Origin: Alphaproteobacteria bacterium
GTDB lineage: Bacteria; Pseudomonadota; Alphaproteobacteria; GCA-2731375
Reading direction: 5' to 3'
DNA length: 64,000 nucleotides
Assembly: GCA_965225945.1 (NCBI GenBank)
Contig: CBDDBZ010000029.1
Span: 64,001-128,000, forward strand
Below the pieces are notes generated by a model, which searched no databases, was not told the origin of the DNA, and was given only the letters and a program-made list of their open reading frames with translations. Positions 40,162 to 48,352 of this stretch are shown in pieces; the stretch's first letter is position 1; the number at the start of each line of letters is the position of its first letter. A program made the translations under genes and the position numbers.

Positions 40162-40725
40162 ATGACGCCGCATCCCAAATTCACGCCATTCAATTTCTTA
40201 AAATGGGTTGATGACAATCAGCAGTATTTAAAACCGCCGATCGGCAACAAACTGCTCCACGCCGGTGGCGACATGATCGTCATGGTCGTTGGCGGCCCCA
40301 ATACGCGCGTCGATTTTCACGACGATCCTGTCGAGGAATGGTTCTATCAGATACGCGGCGACATGATCCTTAAGATCGCCCAGGACGGGGAGATTTACGA
40401 CGTGCCCATTCGGGAGGGCGGGGGTTTTTTGTTACCGCCGCACACACCGCACGCTCCCCAACGACCACAACCGGATTCGGTTGGCCTTGTGGTCGAATCG
40501 CCCCGCATGCCCGGCATGAAAGACGCCTTCGAATGGTACTGTTTTAATTGCAACGCGCGCGTCCACCGGGCCGAATTGTCATTGCTGGACCCGAGCGGCA
40601 TCGTCACTGAGTTGCCAAAACTCTTCAATGATTTCAACGACAATTCGGAGGCACGCAAGTGCCAGAACTGCGGTACGGTTCATCCCGGAAAAGGCGCCCC
40701 ACCGGACGGCTGGGTCAATTTATAA
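40162..40725 (+). CDS. nbaC: 3-hydroxyanthranilate 3,4-dioxygenase
   Basis: LKPPIGNK, VGGPNTRVDFHDDPVEEWFYQ, PHAPQRP, CxxC...CxxC rubredoxin-like site. Confidence 0.93.
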   Translation: MTPHPKFTPFNFLKWVDDNQQYLKPPIGNKLLHAGGDMIVMVVGGPNTRVDFHDDPVEEWFYQIRGDMILKIAQDGEIYDVPIREGGGFLLPPHTPHAPQRPQPDSVGLVVESPRMPGMKDAFEWYCFNCNARVHRAELSLLDPSGIVTELPKLFNDFNDNSEARKCQNCGTVHPGKGAPPDGWVNL

Positions 40726-40760
40726 AGCCGTCAGTCCTGTGAAAAAGAGTGTGCGTCGGA

Positions 40761-42032
40761 TTAGCTTTTGTCGCGCCGTGATCGCTCTTCGTGGACAAAC
40801 CCGAAAGCGCGCAATTGCCGTGGGGTGAAGATAGTCGCGGCTTCTTCATGGCTGAGCATGAACGACCGCGCATCCCAGATCTCCGGGAAGACCCGTTTGT
40901 GCAAGGTCCCTCTAAGGTACAGCAGCCCTGAACCGGCACTCCCAAGCGTGGAGATCCTGCCGCCGCCGAGCACCCGCGCCACCATTGCAATGTGCCGGTC
41001 GCGCCAGTTGGCGAATGCCTGGTCCAGCTCAAGCAAGGCTTCGATCAGTGACGCCGGCCATGCCAGCAACGGCTGGCTCGCAAACTGGACCACGAAGACA
41101 ATCGCACGGCGGTGCGGTGCCTTGAGGAAAAATTCGACCTTCTGTCCGGCCTCGCGATTCAGCCGCTTTATCGCCGACCGCTTCAATCCCTGCAGATCGC
41201 CAAGGATGCGTGAATCGTCGGCATGTGCGGCCACATATGCGTCGCGGTATTTCTTGGCGAACAATTCGCTGTGTTTGGCGTGCGGCCGGGCGCCGCGCAA
41301 CGAGGGAAAGGTTGTGCGCTGTAGCCATTCGGTGGCCTTGTCGCGTAGTGTGCCATTCTCACGTATATCGAGCAGCCGTCGTTGCAGTGCTTCGCGCGAC
41401 GCGTCCATGCCCTCGAACTCTTGAATGTCGAACTGCTCACGCTTCGCGTTCCTACGGGAATTCCACTGCGCTTGATACTGCGTCAGTGAGTCATATTCAC
41501 GCTCGTTGGGGCTCCTCTCGCGCGGCTTCGCGTGTTCTCCCCCTGAACCCCGCTTCAAGAATTTAGCATCGAGTTCGCATTTCTGTTCGGCGTAATCGAG
41601 AAGCCCGCCATCGAGGAGACCCATCAGCCATTCGACTTCGCGAAACCTGAAAGACTGGGTGCCGCTGGCGCCGAACAGATATTTTCTGAAATTGTAGAAG
41701 CTGGTGGTATCCAGCGTTTCGAGTAGCGGCAGATGCTGGTTGATCAAATCGAAGATGGCAGCCGCGCGCCTCACATGGCCTTCGATCACGGGAACATCGG
41801 ATTCGGGCACATAGGCAGGCGGCGGCTGGGAGAGCAACATGCGCGCGTATTCCAGTTCGCTCAGAATTTGCGCAAACCAAATTTCGAATGCCTGATGGGT
41901 CCGAATGAAGAATTGCTCGTCCGGATCATCCCGCAGCGAATCGTCATGCGGTTCCCGGGGGCAAACATCCGGCAACAGATGCGGCAAAATGTAATGTTCG
42001 TAATTCATTGGTTGCTTGTGTTCGGCCGTCAT
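40761..42032 (-). CDS. kynA: Tryptophan 2,3-dioxygenase-like protein (long form)
   Basis: EQFFIRTHQAFEIWF, LETL...FRKYLFGASGTQSFRFREVE, WRDRHIAMVARVLG, FPEIWDARS; GAGGAG RBS before 42032. Confidence 0.8.
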   Translation of the reverse strand: MTAEHKQPMNYEHYILPHLLPDVCPREPHDDSLRDDPDEQFFIRTHQAFEIWFAQILSELEYARMLLSQPPPAYVPESDVPVIEGHVRRAAAIFDLINQHLPLLETLDTTSFYNFRKYLFGASGTQSFRFREVEWLMGLLDGGLLDYAEQKCELDAKFLKRGSGGEHAKPRERSPNEREYDSLTQYQAQWNSRRNAKREQFDIQEFEGMDASREALQRRLLDIRENGTLRDKATEWLQRTTFPSLRGARPHAKHSELFAKKYRDAYVAAHADDSRILGDLQGLKRSAIKRLNREAGQKVEFFLKAPHRRAIVFVVQFASQPLLAWPASLIEALLELDQAFANWRDRHIAMVARVLGGGRISTLGSAGSGLLYLRGTLHKRVFPEIWDARSFMLSHEEAATIFTPRQLRAFGFVHEERSRRDKS

Positions 42033-42081
42033 CTTGTTCTCCTCGTGCCAGAGCATTGTCCGGCCTAATGCAGTATCGAGA

Positions 42082-43425
42082 TCACATTAGATTTTTTATG
42101 AGATTTTCCGCCTGATGGAAATCGACATCGTCGACCGACGTCACGGACTCGATCAGCTCGTCCAATATCGCCGACTGAACCTTGCCGCGCCTGTAAGCTT
42201 CGGCGTAGGGCAGTAGGTGAAACATGACCATGACGTAACGCGGTATGAAAATATCCGGGTGGCGTTCTTCCAATTTCCAAGCCAGCTCTTTCTTGAGCAG
42301 GAATTTCGGATCCCGGACAGAGTCCCTCATTTCGACGTAATTCTCCAGCGCCATATCGGCGATGGCTTCGGCGTCCGGCTTGCGGTTTTCCTCGAATTCG
42401 GCAAAGACCTTGATCCAATTGCTGCCATGGCGCTCAATGCACGCGTCGAACGCCACGCAGTCCTCGAACCCAGCGTTCATGCCCTGGCCGTGAAACGGCA
42501 CGATCGCGTGCGCGGCATCCCCCATCACCACCGCATTGCCCCGGTGGCGCCATGGAAAACAGCGGATCGTGCCGAGCATCCCGGTGGGACTTTCGAAGAA
42601 GCTGCTGGTCAGGTTCGCCACCAGGGGAACGGTATCGGCGAAACGCCGGTTGAAGAAGGTCTCGACTTCCGCAGTGGATTGCAGGTCCGCAAAGCCGTCT
42701 TCGCCTTCATTCGGTAAGAAAAGGGTGGCCGTGAAGCTGCCGTCGGGGTTGGGCAGGGCGATCAGCATAAAGCCGCCGCGCGGCCAGATATGCAGCGCGT
42801 TCTTGTCCATCGCGAACCCGCCGCCGGGATCGGGTGGGATGACTAACTCCTTGTAGCCGTGATCGAGTATGTCCTCGCTCAACTCTCCGCCGGTTGCCGT
42901 GATGATGGCTTCGCGGACCACCGAACCGCCGCCGTCGGTGCCGACGATCGCGCCACCGGACATTTCGCGCCTCTCGCCGCTGATCTCATCGACGAGCGCG
43001 AGTTTCCCGGCGGCGATATCCAGGCCCTCGCAACGCTGGTTGAAATGAATCGAGACGCCCCTGGCTTCGGCGGCGTTGATAAGGGACTTGTTCAGATCCG
43101 CGCGGGAGACGGAGTAGATAACCTCTTCGGGTTTGTTGCCGTAGGGTTGCAGGTCCAACTCGCCGGATTCGTGGTGGACCATTCGGCCACGCATGGGGAT
43201 CAGACGCCGGTTCAACTCATCCATGAGACCGACCTTTTCCAGGGCATTGATGCCCCGATTTGCGAGTGCCAAATTGATCGAGCGTCCAGCGGAAATCGCC
43301 GCCCGCCGCATATCCGGCTGGCGCTCGTAGACGGTGACGTCGAACCCGCGTCTGGCGAGATAGGTACTCATCAACGCGCCGACCGGGCCGGCGCCGATGA
43401 GGGTTATCGCGGTGTCGGCAGTCAC
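42082..43425 (-). CDS. kmo: Kynurenine 3-monooxygenase
   Basis: GAGPVG, GRSINLALANRG, HGYKEL, ALHIWPRG, GDAAHAIVPFHGQGMNAGFED, ENYVEMRD. Confidence 0.94.
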   Translation of the reverse strand: MTADTAITLIGAGPVGALMSTYLARRGFDVTVYERQPDMRRAAISAGRSINLALANRGINALEKVGLMDELNRRLIPMRGRMVHHESGELDLQPYGNKPEEVIYSVSRADLNKSLINAAEARGVSIHFNQRCEGLDIAAGKLALVDEISGERREMSGGAIVGTDGGGSVVREAIITATGGELSEDILDHGYKELVIPPDPGGGFAMDKNALHIWPRGGFMLIALPNPDGSFTATLFLPNEGEDGFADLQSTAEVETFFNRRFADTVPLVANLTSSFFESPTGMLGTIRCFPWRHRGNAVVMGDAAHAIVPFHGQGMNAGFEDCVAFDACIERHGSNWIKVFAEFEENRKPDAEAIADMALENYVEMRDSVRDPKFLLKKELAWKLEERHPDIFIPRYVMVMFHLLPYAEAYRRGKVQSAILDELIESVTSVDDVDFHQAENLIKNLM

Positions 43426-44741
43426 GGCGCCCGACCGGGCCGGTCCCGTTCGAGCGTCTTGAGAATCTCCACGAAGCGGTAGCAGTCCTCAAACCGGTTG
43501 TAGAGCGGCGTCGGCGCGACCCGGATCACATCGGGTTCGCGCCAATCGCCGGTAACGCCGGCCGCCTCGAGACGTTTGAACATGCTTTTGCCGTAACCGC
43601 TTTCGCCCTTCAGCCTAACGGAGAGCTGGCAACCCCGCCGGTACGAATCACGTGGTGAGATCATCTCGACCGTTTCGCCCAACTCCTCGGTCAATAGCCA
43701 ATCCAGATATCCCGTCAGGTCCATCGATTTCTTGCGCAGGGGCGCCATGTGCCCGGCATCGGCGAACACCTCAAGGGACGCGCGAATGGCCGCCAGTGAC
43801 AGGATCGGCGGGTTGGACAGCTGCCAGCCCTCGGCCCCGGCGATGGGTTTGAAATGCGGTCCCATCTCGAATCGGGTCGCCTTGTCGTGTCCCCACCAAC
43901 CGCAGAAACGGGACAGGTCCGCATCGTCGCCGTGACGCGCATGAACGAAGCAGCCGGCTACGGCTCCCGGTCCGGCATTCAGATATTTGTAGGTGCACCA
44001 GACGGCGAAATCCGCACCCCAATCGTGCAGGCGCAACGGAATATTGCCGGCGGCATGGGCGAGGTCGAAGCCGACCACGCAACCATTTTTGTGGCCAAGG
44101 CGGGTGATCTCGGCTATGTCGAAAACCTGGCCGGTGTAGTACTGCACGCCCGGCACCATGATGAGGGCGATCGACTCGCCTTCCCTTTCGATTATGTCGC
44201 AAACGTCCTCGTCGCGGATCAGCTCTTCACCGTCGCGGGGCGTGAGCAGCCGCATTGACCGCGCCGGGTCGTAGCCATGGAACTTGATCTGAGATTCCAC
44301 GGCGTAGTGATCGGAGGGGAAGGCGTGGCTCTCGATCAGGATTCCGTGGCGCGCTCGGGTCGGCCGATAAAAGCTCACCATCATCAGATGCAGGTTGGCG
44401 GTCAGCGAATTCATGGTGACGACTTCCCCCTCCTCGCCGCCCACCAGTTCGGCCATGGTCGGAGTGAGAAATTCATGGTAGGGCATCCAAGGGAACTCTC
44501 CCTCGAAATGGCCCTTGACGCCTACGCGCCGCCAGCTGTCCAGCTCAGCGGCAACATAGTCCGCAGCGGATCTGGGCTGGAGCCCGAGAGAATTGCCGCA
44601 GAGATAGATCTCATCATCGCCATCGGCCGTCTTCGGGATATGGAACCGGTTGCGGAAACCAGCGAGCGTGTCCCGCCGGTCCATTTGCCTGGCGAAGTCC
44701 AGGCCCTTCCTATAAGGGGGCGCCTCGACTGCGCCGTTCAT
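43422..44741 (-). CDS. kynU: Kynureninase
   Basis: YLCGNSLGLQP, FPSDHYA, FDLAHAAGN, WCTYKYLNAGPG PLP Lys, GWWGH. Confidence 0.96.
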   Translation of the reverse strand: MNGAVEAPPYRKGLDFARQMDRRDTLAGFRNRFHIPKTADGDDEIYLCGNSLGLQPRSAADYVAAELDSWRRVGVKGHFEGEFPWMPYHEFLTPTMAELVGGEEGEVVTMNSLTANLHLMMVSFYRPTRARHGILIESHAFPSDHYAVESQIKFHGYDPARSMRLLTPRDGEELIRDEDVCDIIEREGESIALIMVPGVQYYTGQVFDIAEITRLGHKNGCVVGFDLAHAAGNIPLRLHDWGADFAVWCTYKYLNAGPGAVAGCFVHARHGDDADLSRFCGWWGHDKATRFEMGPHFKPIAGAEGWQLSNPPILSLAAIRASLEVFADAGHMAPLRKKSMDLTGYLDWLLTEELGETVEMISPRDSYRRGCQLSVRLKGESGYGKSMFKRLEAAGVTGDWREPDVIRVAPTPLYNRFEDCYRFVEILKTLERDRPGRAP

Positions 44742-44880
44742 GTCAGCGCATAGATCACCGGCCGGCAAGGGGCCGCGTCGGTGTGGAAAGCGGGCATTTG
44801 GAGATTCAGCAGATACAGGCCGTCGCGGATTTCATCGTCGACGAAGATCATTTCGGTGATGGTCTTGTCTCCATCGCAAT
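44738..44880 (-). pseudogene. C-terminal remnant of a cyclase-family kynurenine formamidase (KynB-like)
   Basis: TITEMIFV...DGLYLLNLQMPAFHTDAAPCRPVIY; ATGA-coupled to kynU; upstream part missing. Confidence 0.7.
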
Positions 44881-45003
44881 AACCGCCCAGCAAGATCGTC
44901 CGTCCAGTTCTTAACATGATTGGAACCGCCAGATACACCCGCTACCGCTCCCACCGGCGCGATCAAGCCCAGTTTTCGTATCATGTACGACATCCGAAGC
45001 GGG

Positions 45004-45644
45004 TCATCTGTGGACGGCGCCTTCTTGGCAAGGGTTTTCTCGGTGTCGATGCAGGGCCGGTCGGGTGCCCTCATCTGTACGGCCTGTTTGTGCGGCACGT
45101 CTGTTCTGGCCGCCGGCGGTCGCCGGGCGCGAATTCCTATGCGGCCTGCGCGACCGGATCCCGGTAGCGCTCTCCACGTGACATGATCACCCAGGCGATC
45201 CGCGCGATCCGCTTCGCCAGTGCCACAGCGGCCAGCTCGAGCGGCCGATTGGCGACCAGCTTCGCCAACCAAGGCCGTCGCCTGAAGCCGGTCCGGATCC
45301 CCTGACGGATCACCGCCATGGCTCCGGTGACCAGCAGCCACCGAAGGTAGCGGTTGCCCTGTTTGGAGATCGGCCCGAGCCGGTGCTTGCCGCCGGTCGA
45401 GTCCTCCTTCGCCACCAGGCACGGCGGCAAGTGTTCGAAGAACGACATCACCCGGCTGCGGCGCAGCTGCTTGCGAACAACGACCTCGCCGGCCTCGTCG
45501 ACGCCATGAACCTGGAAGACGTTCTTCGCTATATCCAATCCGATCGTGCCAACCTTCATCTGGACGGCTCCTCTTTCAAGTGGTCCGAGACGACTACCAC
45601 TTTGGCACCTAGATGCCGGGTGCGGCGCCGTCCACAGCATCACT
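45004..45644 (-). mobile_element. Internally deleted IS110/IS1111-family element (ends approximate)
   Basis: Perfect 14-bp sub-terminal IRs CTGTGGACGGCGCC (45008-45021 / 45624-45637). Confidence 0.85.
45137..45559 (-). pseudogene. IS110/IS1111 transposase with an in-frame internal deletion
   Basis: TIGLDIAKNVFQVHG...PPCLVA fused directly to KEDSTGGK..LGPISKQGNRYLR. Confidence 0.88.
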
Positions 45645-45683
45645 TCCCACCCGTTGGAAGGTGCTCATATTAGGGTGAGTCTC

Positions 45684-45787
45684 GGGGGTACATCAGATGT
45701 CGATTCGGCGAAACCCGATATTCGGCCACCGATCTCGGGAATTAGGGGAGACGCCCCGTCGGGGAGGGTCGATTCGGTGATTCGTAG
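45684..45787 (+). repeat. Dispersed intergenic repeat, copy C (interrupted by IS110)
   Basis: GCGAAACCCGATATTCGG at 45708 ... TTCGGTGATTCGTAG, continuing as CCAA at 47332. Confidence 0.8.
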
Positions 45788-45895
45788 ACCCTATGTCCGT
45801 TGAGGTTTCGACGCCGGGACCAGGTGTCCGCCTCAGCATGTAGTTTCGAGGGTTGCACGCGTTTGCGTGCCTATCCTCATACATGGGAGACGGAC

Positions 45896-47011
45896 ATGAC
45901 GGACGATATCACCTTTGTTGGCTTGGATGTTTCGAAGGAGACGATTTCGGTCGGGATCGCGCCGGGTGATCCGCGAGAGGCGGTTCATTATTTCGGCACC
46001 ATCGTGTACCGACCGACGGCGCTCTATTCGCTCTGCAAGAAGCTGTCGCGGGACGGCGCGCGTCTTCACTTCTGCTATGAGGCTGGCCCGTTCGGCTATT
46101 CCCTGCATCGCCGGCTTTTGGACTGGGGCCACACCTGCGATGTGGTGGCGCCCTCGCTGATCCCCAAGCGGCCCGGTGACCGGGTCAAGACGGACCGGCG
46201 GGACGCGCTGAGCCTGGCTTCGTTGTTGCGTGCCGGACAGTTGACCGCGGTCTGGGTGCCCGACGCGAGCCACGAGGCGGTTCGCGCGCTGGTGCGCCTG
46301 CGCCACCTGGCGGCGGGCGACGTGCGCCGGGCCAAGCAGCAGATCCTGGGCTTCTGCCTGATGCATGATCGGGTGTATCGGGCGGGTACGACGCATTGGA
46401 CGAAGACCCACCGGAACTGGCTGGTGGATCAGAAGTTCGAGCACGGCGCTCTGGCGCTGACCTATTCGGAATTGCTTGGCCGTCTCGAACGGGCGGAAGA
46501 GATGCTGGCGCGAGCGCGCCTGGAGTTGCGGGAACACCTTGGCGGCTGGGCCTTGTATCCGGTCATGGACGCCCTTCAGGCGTTACGCGGCTTCGATTGG
46601 GAGAATGCCGCCATGGTCGCGGCGGAGATCGGCGACTTCCAGCGCTTCCCCACGGCGGGCCATCTGATGGCCTACGTCGGCTTGGTGCCGTCGGAATATT
46701 CCAGCGGTGATCGACGCAAGCGGGGCAAGATCACCAAGTCGGGCAACGCCATGGTTCGCCGTGTCCTGGTGGAGGCAGCCTGGACCTATCGTCACCCGGC
46801 GCGCCAGTCGAGCCCGATCCGCGCCCGTTCAGCCCATCTGCCGGAGCCGATCCGCGACAAGGCCTGGCAGGCGCAGATACGATTGTGTCGTCGCATGCGC
46901 GATCTGCGCGGGCGCGGCAAACACCAGAACACCGTGCTGACCGCGGTGGCCCGGGAGCTGGCGGGGCACGTCTGGGCCATCGCCCGCATGGTGCCCCCGC
47001 CGATGGCATAA
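45896..47011 (+). CDS. IS110-family DEDD recombinase/transposase
   Basis: VGLDVSKE, CYEAGP, KTDRRDA, AEIGDFQRF, GLVPSEYSSG (catalytic Ser), LVEAAW. Confidence 0.95.
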   Translation: MTDDITFVGLDVSKETISVGIAPGDPREAVHYFGTIVYRPTALYSLCKKLSRDGARLHFCYEAGPFGYSLHRRLLDWGHTCDVVAPSLIPKRPGDRVKTDRRDALSLASLLRAGQLTAVWVPDASHEAVRALVRLRHLAAGDVRRAKQQILGFCLMHDRVYRAGTTHWTKTHRNWLVDQKFEHGALALTYSELLGRLERAEEMLARARLELREHLGGWALYPVMDALQALRGFDWENAAMVAAEIGDFQRFPTAGHLMAYVGLVPSEYSSGDRRKRGKITKSGNAMVRRVLVEAAWTYRHPARQSSPIRARSAHLPEPIRDKAWQAQIRLCRRMRDLRGRGKHQNTVLTAVARELAGHVWAIARMVPPPMA

Positions 47012-47059
47012 ATCGCCGCGCGCCGAGCGGCGAATACCAACACGCCCGCTTGCGTGGGC

Positions 47060-47235
47060 AGCGGCGGTGGCGGCCACTTGGGGAACTCCCGTTCCTTGGC
47101 TATGGGCAGGATTGCATCCGATGCCCGTCTGTAGAGTCAGGACAGCCCCATCGGACATAGGGACATGCGGTAGTCGATCCGCGGATAAGAGCTTGATGGA
47201 CCGTCGATCAAAGCCGTCCCGCCGCTGCCTTCCAA
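47060..47235 (+). ncRNA. Putative bridge/seek RNA of the IS110 element (boundaries approximate)
   Basis: Contains CCTTGGCTA and CTGTAG (target matches) and CGGACATAGGG and ATAAGAG (element-end matches). Confidence 0.65.
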
Positions 47236-47405
47236 AGCGGGCGTCAGATACCCAGCACCCGGTGACGAGCCGGGTGAAAGGCCGCGTTCGTGCTTGACAG
47301 GGAGGACATAAGAGAGGAGAGGACATAAGAGCCAATAGTTTCCGTTTAGAGATCTCTAATGTTATGGATGCCGAGGCCATCGGCAAGACCTCTTCCCGAT
47401 TTTAA

Positions 47406-47502
47406 AAAAAGGTCATTCTATTTTTTCGCCTCCGCTGGCGCTGGCGACACGAGCCACGAAGAGGCCCGCCGCAGCGACCGATAAAGTAGAATGACTCCTT
47501 TT
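47406..47502. repeat. AT-rich REP-like inverted repeat pair
   Basis: AAAAAGGTCATTCTATTTTTTCG ... CGATAAAGTAGAATGACTCCTTTT. Confidence 0.6.
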
Positions 47503-47568
47503 CTGAGTTCATCTCGCTCGCCCGCGGTCGCACTTGTTGCGTCTCATCGGCTTCGTTAGACTTCGTTT

Positions 47569-47628
47569 ATGTCCGAAAGCGCTCAGCGCAGGCTGGCTGC
47601 GATTGTCGCCGCCGACGTGGTCGACTTC
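47569..47628 (+). pseudogene. N-terminal relic of a second class III adenylate cyclase
   Basis: MSESAQRRLAAIVAADVV, then similarity is lost. Confidence 0.6.
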
Positions 47629-47723
47629 GGTTTCATTGCCACCGTTTGCCGAACCTGCCACCCATCGCCGCTCCCGCCCGATCATCCGAACGCCGGCGTA
47701 GAGCTCGTTGAAAGGTCAATCAT

Positions 47724-48146
47724 ATGAACAGCGCTATCCTCACCGGAAGTTGCCTTTGCGGCGCGGTCTCGTTCGAGTTCGAACTGCCGACGCTTTTCGC
47801 CGGACATTGCCACTGCACGATGTGTCGGCGCGCCCATGGTGCAGGCTTCGTGACCTGGGTTGGTGTCCGCGAAGATGGTTTTCGGATCACGGCGGGCGAG
47901 GAAGACGTCGTGCATTACCGAAGCTCGGGTCACACGACGCGAAGCTTCTGCGGACGCTGCGGCAGCTCCATGTTTTGCAATGGCGACAACCACGAAAATG
48001 TCATCGATATCACCGTGGCCAACCTGCATGGTGACATCGACCGCGAAGTGAAAGCACACGTCTACTATGACTGCCGCGCCAGTTGGCTGACGATCAATGA
48101 CGACCTCAAGAAGCTGGGAGGCGACAGCGGCACGGAGCCGCTATAG
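47724..48146 (+). CDS. GFA/CENP-V family zinc protein
   Basis: GSCLCGAV, CHCTMCRRAHG, RSFCGRCGS. Confidence 0.92.
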   Translation: MNSAILTGSCLCGAVSFEFELPTLFAGHCHCTMCRRAHGAGFVTWVGVREDGFRITAGEEDVVHYRSSGHTTRSFCGRCGSSMFCNGDNHENVIDITVANLHGDIDREVKAHVYYDCRASWLTINDDLKKLGGDSGTEPL

Positions 48147-48352
48147 AAAGCCGCGCGGGAAAGCACGACACGCGAGGTGGTGCCGCCCAGGGCGAGGCCG
48201 CCTCAGGCATCGGGGGGGAGACGACCGCCGCCGCCTCGACGGGGGGAAGGGCGAGGGCGGCGGCGGCCGGAGAGGACGGCCTCTCTCGGTCCAATCTGGG
48301 AGACCAAACGGGCGCCAAAGGGGCTGAAATGAGGCGATTTGGTGGCGCCGGC

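Larger units (their letters stand above)
45788..47331 (+). mobile_element. IS110-family element with 3' non-coding region (IS1111-like layout)
   Basis: AG core at 45786-45787 and 47330-47331; sub-terminal TATGTCC/GGACATA; TTGACA at 47294; removal rebuilds the repeat end. Confidence 0.85.
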
